The notes under the pieces were generated by a model. It was not told where the DNA came from and made no database searches. It saw nothing but the letters and a program-made list of their open reading frames with translations. Below, piece after piece: positions 27,537 to 38,669 of a stretch of DNA of 64,000 nucleotides. Every line of letters begins with the position of its first letter. Within the stretch, counting starts at the first letter, position 1. A program made the position numbers and the translations under genes. Source of the DNA: Lingula anatina (lineage: Eukaryota; Animalia; Brachiopoda); contig CM120640.1 of assembly GCA_051362555.1 (NCBI GenBank), positions 46,912,788-46,976,787 on the forward strand, written 5' to 3'.

Positions 27537-29265
27537 CAGACTGCATAGCCTACTGAAGCTGTATTTTAGTCCCATGTTTCTATCCTGTAAGTTTGAAAAC
27601 AGTAAGTGACATGATTTTCATTAAATGGTCATCATGGAAGCAGTGCCCAAAATGGGGGTTTCTTCAAATTTTGATGCAATATTACATAATGTTTAACAGC
27701 TTAATGACCATCAATTTTTAATTATAAAATATTTGTATCACAGATATTCAGAAAATGTGACTAGCAAAGGTCTTCAGGCCCATGGAACTTCAAAGTCACG
27801 CCTTGATAATGCCAAAATGTAAACAAGACAGCACTGTTCTGAAATGGGTTTATTTCCATTTTTAACACTTTTTTAACATAAAACAAAATAAACATTTTAC
27901 TGCCATTTTTATATGTCCAACTAAGAAAATTGATGAGATGGGAAAAGTATGAATAGAACAGTGTTAAATGTCCAATTTCCTCCATTCTGAGATTCTGAAC
28001 ATAGTGGATGATTGAATCTGACAAACTGCAATGATATGAGTTTATTTCCATTTTTGACACTTTATTACACAATACACAATAACAAGTTTACCATCATTTT
28101 TACATAATCAATTAACAATGTTGTAAAGATGCAGGAAATATCAAACAAACACTTTTACGCATCTAATTAGTTCAATAATGAGACTGTTAACATGCCTAAT
28201 AATTGAATCTGAGGAAATGTGAAAAAACAGTATAACTTCTTAAGTAATGGCCCGATTACGCTTATTTTCGAACTCAACCTGCGTTTTAGTAAGATTGACC
28301 ACTCCTGTGAGTATAATTACAATTGGCCAATCCGTTTTTCTTATATTGTGTTATCGGTGCTGCATATATGCTGAAAAAAGTGAAAAAACAGCATAAATTC
28401 CCTAAAAGTGACCCGATCATGCTGATTTTCGAACTTGACCTGCGTATTATGAATATTCATCAGTTCTGTAAGTTTCAAGTCAAAAGGTAAAATGGTTTTC
28501 CACTTATCGTGTTATCGGTGCTGCATACATGCTGAAAAAAGTGAAAAAACAGCATAAATTCCCTTAAAGTAACCCGATCATGCTGATTTTCGAACTTGAC
28601 CTGCGTATTATAAATATTCATCAGTTTTGTAAGTTTCAAGTCAAAAGGTAAAATGGTTTTCCACTTATCGTGTTATCGGTGCTGCATATATGCTGAAAAA
28701 AGTGAAAAAACAGCATAAATTCCCTAAAAGTGACCCGATCATGCTGATTTTCGAACTTGACCTGCGTATTATGAATATTCATCAGTTCTGTAAGTTTCAA
28801 GTCAAAAAGTAAAATGGCTTTCCACTTATCGTGTTATCGGTGCTGCATACATGCTGAAAAAAGTGAAAAAACTGCATAAATTCCCTAAAAGTAACCCGAT
28901 CACGCGGATTTTCGAACTTGACCTGCGTATTATGAATATTCATCAGTTCTGTAAGTTTCAAGTCAAAAGGTAAAATGGTTTTCCACTTATCGTGTTATCG
29001 GTGCTGCATATATGCTGAAAAAAGTGAAAAATCAGCATAAATTCCCTAAAAGTGACCCGATCATGCTGATTTTCGAACTTGACCTGCGTATTATGAATAT
29101 TCATCAGTTCTGCAAGTTTCAAGTCAAAAGGTAAAATGGTTTTCCACTTATCGTGTTATCGGTAAAAGTGCACGGCGACGGCGACGACGGCGACGACAGC
29201 GACGGCGACGACAGACGCAGATGATGGCTATATGTACAGACACATCTGTGTCTGTACATAATAAA
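27062..29265 (+). mobile_element. HINE (DINE-1-like, Helentron-associated) element with 161-bp satellite
   Basis: 5' subTIR ATGTACAGACA (27090); internal ~350-bp duplication; ~6 copies of a 161-bp unit (28200-29165); GAC/GGC microsatellite; 3' hairpin TATGTACAGACACA-TC-TGTGTCTGTACATA (29231-29260). Confidence 0.8.
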
Positions 29266-29278
29266 GGAAATCACAATT

Positions 29279-30148
29279 TTGGGAAAAACAGAAACTAGAA
29301 TCCTACTCAACGGAAAACTCCTGCTAAAAACGGGAGAAGTTACTAAGGTCATAGAGAATACATTTGACTCAACAAAAGGAGGCAGTTCTAGGAAGATTAC
29401 AAGAGAAATAAAAGAGAAAAAATGGGGGATATCTAGAAAAAAAACCAATAATGGCCTCAAAAATCTCAAATTAAAGCAATTGACACAACCCTTGTTTGAC
29501 AATAAATGGCCTCTAATACCCATAAAAGCACACGAAGTACAAAACCGCCATCAGATTGACCTAGTGGTAATGAATAAGTACCCTGTGAAAAAAGGCAAGA
29601 GAGTGTACCGTTATGTACTAAGCATACTAGACTGTTTCAGTAGGTATATGTGGCTGAGGCCGTTGGAGACGAAGTCCAGCAAGGAAGTGGTACGGCACCT
29701 GAGGGATATCTATACGTCAGAGGGCCATCCTAAGTTTATCCAGAGTGACAGGGGGACCGAGTTCCGGAAGAATGTTGAAAAATTTTGCAAATCATGGGGC
29801 ATAAAAAAGATCGTCAGTTCGCCTTACCATCCCCAATCGCAGGGCAAAATTGAATCCTCCCACAAAGGGTGGAAGAGCAGATTTTTTTATTACCTGAAAA
29901 AGTCAAATCACAGGTTCACCGATTGGGTAAGCAGACTGCAGGAATATGCAAAAATATATAATAGGCAATGGCACTCAAGTCTGGGCACAAGCCCATTTCA
30001 TGTTTATCATGGAAGGAGACCGGCACAAGATGATAGGAACATTACCACCAGCGGGCCTGTTGGTGTATGGCTTGATACTGTCCAGAAAGTACAATCCAAG
30101 GCGAAGATGGTCTCAGACAAGAGTGCTTTCAAAATAGGTAAAAAATAG
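29279..30148 (+). CDS. Gypsy-like DDE integrase of a Ginger-type DNA transposon (5' truncated)
   Basis: QIDLVVM, ILDCFSRY, IQSDRGTEF and SSPYHPQSQGKIE motifs (D-D-E triad). No associated gag or RT. Confidence 0.85.
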   Translation: MGKTETRILLNGKLLLKTGEVTKVIENTFDSTKGGSSRKITREIKEKKWGISRKKTNNGLKNLKLKQLTQPLFDNKWPLIPIKAHEVQNRHQIDLVVMNKYPVKKGKRVYRYVLSILDCFSRYMWLRPLETKSSKEVVRHLRDIYTSEGHPKFIQSDRGTEFRKNVEKFCKSWGIKKIVSSPYHPQSQGKIESSHKGWKSRFFYYLKKSNHRFTDWVSRLQEYAKIYNRQWHSSLGTSPFHVYHGRRPAQDDRNITTSGPVGVWLDTVQKVQSKAKMVSDKSAFKIGKK

Positions 30149-30157
30149 GCCAAAAAA

Positions 30158-31726
30158 TTGGGACGCTATTTATTGGGAGATAGGGTATTAGTGAAGATAA
30201 CAAAAGGCAAAACAAAACCCAAAGTCGTGCAGGGGACAGTGGTAAAAACAAACTATGCAAAGTATAGATATCTCATCCATCATTCAGAAGGCATTGATTG
30301 GTATCCTATATGCAACATTGCTGCGAGAACAAGACAAGAAGATTTAAACAGACGTCAATCTTACAACTTCCGTCGACGCACCCGGTTAATGTGTCAGTGC
30401 AACAGTGACAGTTGTAGCAAAAAAGCTGACTCTCAATGCTCAAATTATATGAGCAAAAAGTGCTGTGTTATTTCTGGAGAAAAGTGTAGCTTTCAAAATC
30501 ACATGAAAGCAGTGATACCCCTCTCTCTTCATGACTTTGTTAAGCCACAGAATGATATCGCGGCTTTGGTGGATTTTGTGGCAATGCTAGAAACAACCAC
30601 CAAAAACGAAGGTGACTTTGAAACGTACGATTCTCTGGTTGCGAATTCCCTTGCAAAGGGGCTAATCCCAGAAGGGGTTACTCCCAAGGATGGAAGTTGT
30701 ATGTTTCATGCTGTCGGACAGAGTATTTCCATGAACATGTCCCAAGTTAGGCGAATAGCAGCGCAATGGCTGAGGTCGAACCCGACGTTCAATGGTGTAA
30801 ATTTAAGGGACTTTGTAGATGTTCCCCGGAATGAATATGTTCAAGGTATAGAAGGGAATGAATGGGGAGACCATTTGGCTCTCATTGCTATCACGAATGC
30901 ACTCGGCGTGCAAATTGGTGTAATATCGAGCCAAACACAAGAGATAACATATATTAATCCCGCCGTTGTAAGCCAGCAAACGATTTATTTAGGACACCAG
31001 TTTGAATTCCATTACATACATTTAGTTCCGTTAGACGCATGCAATGTACATGTAAGTCAGGGTGATGGCCCTACTCCACATGGTAAAAATGACGATATTG
31101 CTGATGTTGTTGATGCTGGTGATGTTGATGATGGTAATGTTGGTGATTCTTTAGATGTTGATGATGGCAATGTTGGTGATACTTTAGATGTTGATAATGG
31201 TAATGTTGGTGATTCATTAGATGTTGATGATAGCAATGTTGGTGATTCTTTAGATGTTGATGGCAATGTTGGTGATTCTTTAGATGTTGATGGTGGCAAT
31301 GTTGGTGATTCTTTAGATGTTGATAATGGTAATGTTGGTGACTCTGTAGATGTTGATAATGGTAATGTTGGTGATTCTGGTGATATTGTTGATGGTGGCA
31401 CACGTTTTGCTGGTAATTCTGGAGACGTCAACGATGGTTTTGTTGGCGATTCTGGTAATGTTGTTGATGGTGGTAATGTTGGTGATAACAGTAATGTTGC
31501 TTTTGGTGATGTTAATGATGCTGATGAAAATCTTGCCACTTCTTCAGGTATGTTACATATATCAAGCCTGCCAGATGAAATATTGATTATTATTATGAAG
31601 TGCTGTGTAAGTACACTTCCGTTCGTTGGTCTGCTTAGAGCTGTGTGTCCACTTAGTATAAGGTGGCAAGGATTGATGTTGCATCAAGAGTCCTTGAAGG
31701 CGATATCCACATCGACAAGCGGATAG
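30158..31726 (+). CDS. In-frame continuation of the integrase: SH3/KOW-like segment, Cys-rich motif, OTU protease, acidic repeat, F-box-like motif
   Basis: Same frame as the integrase, separated by one TAG (30146-30148). OTU motifs PKDGSCMFHAV, WGDHLALIA and YLGHQFEFHY; F-box-like ISSLPDEILIIIMK. Confidence 0.75.
   Translation: MGRYLLGDRVLVKITKGKTKPKVVQGTVVKTNYAKYRYLIHHSEGIDWYPICNIAARTRQEDLNRRQSYNFRRRTRLMCQCNSDSCSKKADSQCSNYMSKKCCVISGEKCSFQNHMKAVIPLSLHDFVKPQNDIAALVDFVAMLETTTKNEGDFETYDSLVANSLAKGLIPEGVTPKDGSCMFHAVGQSISMNMSQVRRIAAQWLRSNPTFNGVNLRDFVDVPRNEYVQGIEGNEWGDHLALIAITNALGVQIGVISSQTQEITYINPAVVSQQTIYLGHQFEFHYIHLVPLDACNVHVSQGDGPTPHGKNDDIADVVDAGDVDDGNVGDSLDVDDGNVGDTLDVDNGNVGDSLDVDDSNVGDSLDVDGNVGDSLDVDGGNVGDSLDVDNGNVGDSVDVDNGNVGDSGDIVDGGTRFAGNSGDVNDGFVGDSGNVVDGGNVGDNSNVAFGDVNDADENLATSSGMLHISSLPDEILIIIMKCCVSTLPFVGLLRAVCPLSIRWQGLMLHQESLKAISTSTSG
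31110..31500 (+). repeat. 33-bp coding minisatellite (DVDxGNVGDSL)n
   Basis: Repeated GATGTTGATrATGGyAATGTTGGTGATTCTTTA, with frame preserved. Confidence 0.85.
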
Positions 31727-31820
31727 TAATGGCCCTCGAAGGGAATTTGATCATCCAGGAAGGCCTAGAATTCAATTGGTCGGTGAGGAAACTATTGTGT
31801 GATTTAACAAACTAATTAAA

Positions 31821-34800
31821 GTGGTCCAGAAGACTGCATACTCCGGTGAAATTAGAGACTTGCTAAAGACCGGCTGCGTTTCTAAGTCGAGCGCGATTTA
31901 CAAATTGTCTCCAATCATGCGTGACGGCGTTTTGGTCGTAGGCGGTCGATTAGTGCATTCTTTTATGGAATGCAAGCAACCTCCGATTTTGCCAAAAGAT
32001 CATGTTGTTTCTGATCTTATCGTCCGTGAATTTCACGGTGACGCTCATTTGGGCACCGAGTGGACTCTTAGCAACATCCGCAGAAAATTCTGGATTGTTG
32101 GTTGCAGGAGTATTGTTAAAAAGGTTGGGAAAAGGTGTGTAGTTTGCAAACGATTGTATTCATCACCTATGATACAGAAAATGGCAGATTTACCAGACGT
32201 GAGATGTCAAAGTGGAGGTCCCCCCTTTGACGTAGTTGGTGTTGATTTGTTTGGCCCCCTTAAAGTTAAGGTTGGCCGCGCGGTGGCAAAACGGTACGGT
32301 AGGGCTGTGCATATTGAAGTTCTGGACAGTTTAGAGACTGATTCATTTATTAACAGTTTCATCCGTTTTGTTGCTAGGAGAGGATATCCTAGCAAGGTAT
32401 ACAGTGAAATAACAATGGCATCAGAAGAGTTAGTACATGTGCGTCGTGCCCGTAAGGGCGCGGTCACAAAGGCTATTGGACACATCGAACGAGCAGTCGC
32501 GTGTGAGGACGCTAGGGCTGTAGAAATTGCATTGAACAGACTTAAGGACACGTTTCAACAATTCGAAGCGTCACATGATGCATACCATGCTGAATTGGAA
32601 TATAACCAGTTAGATGAAAGTGAAGAATGGTTCCGAGCTGTAGAGGTACGATATATCGAAGGTATGAAACTTGGGAAATCATTCTTAAACAATACTTCTA
32701 ATGTACCTAAGGAAGACAAACTATCAACTGACACTGAAACAAAACTGTTTAATTACTTATCTATCCCAAAAGCTGACTTAGAGCTATTTAACGGTGATCC
32801 AAAGGAATATCATAACTTTTGCACGCTCTTTGATGAGCTAGTTGGGAATAAAATTGAAAGCGGTCAGGTAAAATTAACTAGATTGATACAATTTACCAGC
32901 GGAGCTGCTAAGAAAGCTATCAAAAACTGTATCATCATCGGCGGTGAATCTGGATACCAAGCAGCGCGTGCCATTTTGAAAGATAGGTTCGGAAATGACC
33001 ATTTGGTGGCGAGACATTTGATCGAGAATCTCACAAGTGGTGGAAGCATTTCTTCGCCTACGGAGCTCCAAAGTCTAGCTGATGAACTTCAGATGACTCA
33101 GTTAACATTAGAAAAGTTGAAAATGAGTAATGAAATTGACAATCAGAATTCTATATTACGCATAGTTAAGAGGTGTAAAGGACACGTAGGTGATAGGTGG
33201 CGAAAGCATGCTCAAATCAAAAACGATGATAACAGATATCCAACTTTTAAAGAATTTACTGTTTTCATGATGAAGTATGCTGCTGATGCATGTGACCCTG
33301 TGTATGGTGAATGTTCATTGTATGGGCGAGTGAAAGTCAACCCTACTGTATCATTAGCAAGCATGACTGGGCCGAGTGCGAGTGATGATATGGATGTCCC
33401 TCCGTGTGTAGTGTGTAAACAATCACATGGGTTGTTTCAGTGTGACATGTTCAAGAGTAAAGAGCCTCAGATGCGCTTGGATATTGTTAGACGCAACAAG
33501 TTGTGTTATAATTGTTTGAGGGCGGGACATTTTGCCAGTCAGTGTAGAAAAAAGTCTGTATGCAGCGTGCTGGGTTGTGGAATGAAACATTCTAAATTTG
33601 TACACGTTTCTGTGAAAACAGATCTCACTCCCCCCATTGCGTCACATACCTGTACTCAGACAGAGTCGCGAAGCGTGAATTTACCAATTGTGGCTGTAAA
33701 GATAAATGGCGATAAATCGGCTTTAGCACTGCTCGATAGTGGCTCTCCATCCACTTTCATTTCTGAGAAACTGGTATCAGAACTTTCTTTGAGAAGCACA
33801 GGGCACGTGAAATGTCAATTAAGTACTATTGACGATGTGAAGGGAATCAACTCAGCCATAGTTTCGTTCAATGTGTCATCTCAAGATGACAATTCTGTTG
33901 TGTATCCAATTTACAACGCGATAGTTGTGCCTAGCATACGCGTCCGGGCGAATCGGTTTGTTGCGACAGAGCGTTATTCTCATTTGGCGGATTTGTCTTT
34001 TAGCGATTATTCAGATAAGAGTAGTGCGGATTTGGTCATTGGCATGGATAATGCCCACTTGATAATGCCGTTGGAGGTGCGTCATGACGAAACTGGAAAA
34101 TCAAACATGTACGCGGTGCGTTGTGTTTTAGGATGGAGTCTTAACGGTCCCTCCTTCCTTATGTCAGAAACCGCTGACGTTTCAGCCAACTTTGTGTCTA
34201 TTGAAGAAAAGGTTGAAAATCTATGGAAAATGGAAGCGGGAAATGATGATTTTTCAATTTCACAGGATGACCGTAAGGTTCTTTCATTGTGGGAAAACAC
34301 AGTTTCCAAGGAAAACGACCATTACGTCCTCCCTATTCCCTGGACGGAAGGTGTGCCTAATTTCCCTGACAATTACTTGGTTGCTCTCCATCGCCTAAAG
34401 GGGTTGGAGCGTAGACTTAAAAGGGATGACATGTTCAACAGGTATGATGAGAACATGAGGAAATTGCTCAGCGAGGGTTACGCTGAGAAGGTCCCTGAAA
34501 AAGAAATTGATTGGCGCAACGAATCTGTTTGGTATATCCCTCACCATTGTGTCACGAACCCATCTAAACCTGACAAACTGCGCATTGTGTTTGATTGTGC
34601 CTGTAAGTGTCAAGGAGTCAGTCTCAATGACCAGTGTTTGCAGGGCCCCGACTTGACAAATACGCTGATTGGCATACTTTTGCGTTTCTGTCAATTTAGA
34701 TATGCCATAATGGCGGATATTGAATGTATGTACTACCAAGTCATAGTCCCAGAAAAGGACAGAAATGCTTTACGCTTCTTATGGTGGGATAATGACTCAC

Positions 34801-35303
34801 TCGTGCATTATCGTATGCGCGTTCACCTGTTTGGAGGTAAGTGGGCAGGTAGTGCTAGTTGTTTTGCGCTTAGGCGCACTGTGCAGGATCATGACGTCAC
34901 TGATTTGGTGCGTGGGACGGTTCAGCGGAATTTTTACATTGACGACATGTTGAAGTCTGTGAAGACAAAAGAAGATGCCCTTGAGGTAATTGTCGATGTG
35001 AAAAGGGCTCTTCGTGATGGGGGTTTCAAACTTACCAAATTTGTAGTCAATGATTCTGAGCTGTTAGATGTTATTGCCCATGAAGATCGGGCAGTTGAGG
35101 TGAAAGAGCTAACTCATGGGGTGCATGCAAAGGCGTTGGGAATGATGTGGGAAGTTGATTTGGATGTTTTTCACTATACTTTCAAAATTGACAAAGGTCA
35201 GGAGATTACTAGACGCAATATGCTGAGCGTAGTGGCCAGTATGTATGACCCACTGGGTTTGATTGTTCCCGTCGTTTTACATGGTTCTTCAATAAATCTC
35301 TAG
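31821..35303 (+). mobile_element. BEL/Pao LTR retrotransposon ORF (1160 aa): partial integrase fused to Gag-PR-RT, 3' truncated
   Basis: Integrase HHCC region and VGVDLFGP..RRGYP. From ATG 32415: Gag (FNGDPKEY), zinc knuckles, protease ALLDSGS, RT (WYIPHH, LRIVFD, NFYIDD) and SMYDPLGL. No LTRs seen. Confidence 0.9.
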
Positions 35304-35725
35304 AAAATATAAATGTTTCTAAATGGTTTATTGTTGTTTCGGATGAAAAATTATAAGAAATTACAAAACTATAATAAAGCAATATATACGAAACTGTAAA
35401 ACATTAGTTGTGAACCTTAATTTCTATCTTATAATATTACAATACATGATAAATATCTATTCAAAAAATCAAAAATACCACAAACACAAAATACCCTGGT
35501 GTTGCAAAATATCGCAGTTTTATGTACAATGTATACAGTTCACAGCGTTTCTATAAATGCATTCAAACTCCTTTTCATTTGTTCCCTTATTTGACCTCTC
35601 TCCACTTCAAAGCTAACAAGTTCTTCATTCTCCTCAACTACAGAATCATGCAGAGCACTTAATTTAACATTGATAATCAAGAAAAATTATTGGCAATCTG
35701 TTGTGTTAAAAGCCAATCTTCCTTA

Positions 35726-35949
35726 GGGCCCCTTTACACTGGACGGGCGTCCTTTCTGCGTCCTGTAGTGCGGATTCGTTTGAGAGTACAAAATTATAAT
35801 ACTTTACTTTCTGACACCTGGCCGATCACCTAATATTCATTTTTTCAACCAAAGAGATGCTTGTGCCTCCTTTTTACGACCACAGTGATGAAAGTTTTGT
35901 GGTCCCACAAAGGACGCAGAAAGGACGCCGCCCCAGTGTAAAGGGTGTT
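35726..35949. mobile_element. PIF/Harbinger-like MITE
   Basis: Long imperfect TIRs CCCTTTACACTGG..GGCGTCCTTTCTGCGTCCT / AGGACGCAGAAAGGACGCC..CCAGTGTAAAGGG; TTA flanks. Confidence 0.7.
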
Positions 35950-36235
35950 TTACTGAATAATCTGTGAACTTCCTCATTGATATTACCTCTCATCCTCTTG
36001 CTATTGTCACCCTTTTATGTCCATTTAAATATTCTCTCTAGGATAAATAAATATGTTTTAAAAATATTAATGGAAGTATCTACCCGCCTCAGTTACACTG
36101 CTATGAATGAAGCATTGTCTCTTGATATTAAATCTGTTAATCAGTAACAATTCGACACTAACATTGTTACAAAACAGGTTAAGATTTATCCAGGGGTCTA
36201 CAGCTCTCTTTCTGTACTTACCCATCTTTATATTT

Positions 36236-36575
36236 CTGTCAGACATATCTGGCCTGTCGGACACATCTGGCTCTTTTTTGTCGGACACATCTGGCCTGTC
36301 GGACACATCTGGCTCTTTTTTGTCTGACACATCTGGCCTGTCGGACACATCTGGCTCTTTTTTGTCGGACACATCTGGCTCTTTTTTGTCGGACACATCT
36401 GGCCTGTCGGACACATCTGGCTCTTTTTTGTCAGACATATCTGGCCTGTCCGACACATCTGGCTCTTTTTTGTCGGACACTTCTGGCCTGTCGGACACAT
36501 CTGGCTCTTTTTTGTCGGACATATCTGGCTTTCTCTGGTCGTAGGTCATATCTGGTCTGTAGGACATATCTGGCC
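36236..36575. repeat. Compound minisatellite of 18- and 24-bp units
   Basis: Alternating ACATCTGGCCTGTCGGAC and ACATCTGGCTCTTTTTTGTCGGAC. Confidence 0.9.
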
Positions 36576-36899
36576 GTCACAGAACTACTCTCAGATCTTG
36601 TGGCCATTGTTTTTGCCAACTTTTTGCTCTATTGTATGGGAGATGTGTGTGTAACTGCAACACGTGCAGTAATAAGTGTTCTGTAGTTGGTCATAGGGAG
36701 ATGTGTTCATGTGTCACATGATGTGTCACAAGGATAAAATTGAGCTCCAGCCCTAACAGTCCAGTTCAGCAACACAGGTCTCCCCAGAGCATATAGTTTT
36801 ATGTCCAAATCAGTAAATCAGAGTTTTTCAACGATACGGTCATGGCAACAGTGTGTGTGTGTGATCATTTAATTTTATGTTGTTACTATCCCCAATCTT

Positions 36900-37986
36900 G
36901 CAATTTAGTATCATATTGCATTTTGTCAGTGCGCAAACTAGTCGTAAACTGGCGTGAAGTGTGCATAAACCCGTTGTGACTGCATGTCATGTCGGGAAGA
37001 GCATTTTGAAATGTTCAAAATTTTGGTCACAACAAAATTTTGTGACCGGGTCTTAAACTATGCGCAAACTGTTTGTGAACTCGGCATGATGATGTGGGAG
37101 GATGCGTGCCAGTGCACCCCATGCCACTACTGTTACGAACTGCCACGAATAGTTCACGAACAGCTCGCGTCGTATTCACAAGTAGTTCATGACATGTTCA
37201 CAAATTGGTGCCCTTTGCCACATTGTTGTGCCTTCCCACTGACACAGTCACACGTACTTCACGCATTGATGGCACAAGCAGTTCGTGACTAGTTTACCCA
37301 CTTCATGAACAATTTGCGCATGACACAAGCATTTCACCACGAGTCCACGAGCAGTTTATGAACAGTTCACAACTACTGCATGACAGTGGTGCTCGCGTCA
37401 GTGCAGGTGTATATATAGGCCTTCCTGGACACTGCTCACCATTCCAGAGATCGCCAGCGAAGAGACAACTTAAATCACAGAGATAATATGCCTAAAACAT
37501 ATCAGACACGAGGAAGAGCAAAGCAGAGAAGGCCAGAAGCTGACAGGCCAGAGGCAGAGACCGCAGTCATCCATATCAAGTGTTGATGTTATCCCGGAGA
37601 CACAGCAGGATCCACTGGAAAGCCAGAGAAAACCATCGAGTGAGGATGGGCTACCAGAAGAAGCGGGTCCGGGTGTCCAAGAAAGAAATCCCTGAGTACT
37701 GCTGGACAGAAGAGGCCGAGTTGAGGTTGGCCAAGCTTTTGAAAGAGAACCCCCAGCTGTATGACAAGAAGCAGGAGTGGCTCAACGTGGCAGCCAAGAA
37801 TAGCCGGTGGGACCGAGTTGGAGAACAGCTGGAGCCTCCTGCCACTGGTCCCCAATGATTCGTTAGCTTGTCGTGAACTATGTGTGAACTAGTTGGGAAC
37901 AGTGCGGGAGCCTCTAACTTCGTGCCCCAAAATGGCACGACTTGCCACGACAAAATCGGGGCCAAAAGTCATGCAAGTGTCAGCCT
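36900..37986 (+). mobile_element. Harbinger-like remnant with MADF (Myb/SANT-like) fragment
   Basis: WTEEAELRLAKLLKENPQLYDKK..KNSRWDRVGEQL at ~37700-37840. CACGA-rich subterminal repeats; ends CAAGTGTCAGCC. Confidence 0.55.
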
Positions 37987-37999
37987 TGAATAAGAAGCT

Positions 38000-38669
38000 T
38001 GACATGCAATGAAAGGGTTGTCAATCGGTACTTCAAGCATCTATCAATTGTCAACTTCCTGCCTTAGATACCTTACCCAAATCTAAAAAGATAGCTAGAA
38101 ACACCTTGTTAGATGGGATTGCCAGTGGCATGGAGGCTAATAAGAAGTTTCTTGTGAGAGAAGAGTTGACATTAAAAAGCAGTTCAGTGGGGAGGTATCT
38201 CAAAATCTTATGGTCCACAAAGAGGAAGGCTTCAACTTCCTGTTTGGCAAGGATATTTCTAAGAAAGTTAAGAATGTAGAGGAATTGAGAATGTGGAGGA
38301 ATTGAGGAAACTCAAATTTTCCCTTACAGGGAAAGCATGTTTTCACCCTTGTAAAGTTCAGTGTGTTCTTATCGCTGTGAACAATGCTTCCGGTACTATT
38401 TTGGCCCCTGCAGTGCACAATTCCAGTCATGCGCACATCGCACCTTTCGAATAATACTAATCGTATATAGAACATTATCATTTGGATTTTAATGATGATC
38501 CAGTGTTTTATAGTATTGAAGACGCTCATAGGTTTAGTGAAGAGAAAAATAAAGCTATTGATTCTGAAGTTGGAAAGCTGCTCAAGTTAGGTGTTACTTC
38601 AGTCTGCAGCCATGAAGCCAATGAATGCATAACTCCTATATTTGTGGTACCTAATTCTGCTGGAAGTTA
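38000..38669 (+). mobile_element. DIRS-like retrotransposon remnant (gag end and RT start); continues at ~40232-40297
   Basis: LFGKDISKKVK and AIDSEVGKLLKLGV..ITPIFVVPNSAGS. Continues across the insertion as YRLIFNLKKYNSIIDYKHFKM. Confidence 0.7.

Noticed and set aside
23015-29165. 146-bp and 161-bp arrays as CRISPR
   Set aside because: Whole monomers repeat with no unique spacers; eukaryotic context with no cas genes.
31057-31586. His/Gln-rich and Ser/Thr/Pro-rich ORFs
   Set aside because: Antisense or alternate-frame shadows of the 33-bp coding repeat.
36067-36619. ORFs over the 18/24-bp minisatellite (KKEPDVSDRP etc.)
   Set aside because: Open on both strands because the unit lengths are multiples of 3; no domain or splice support.
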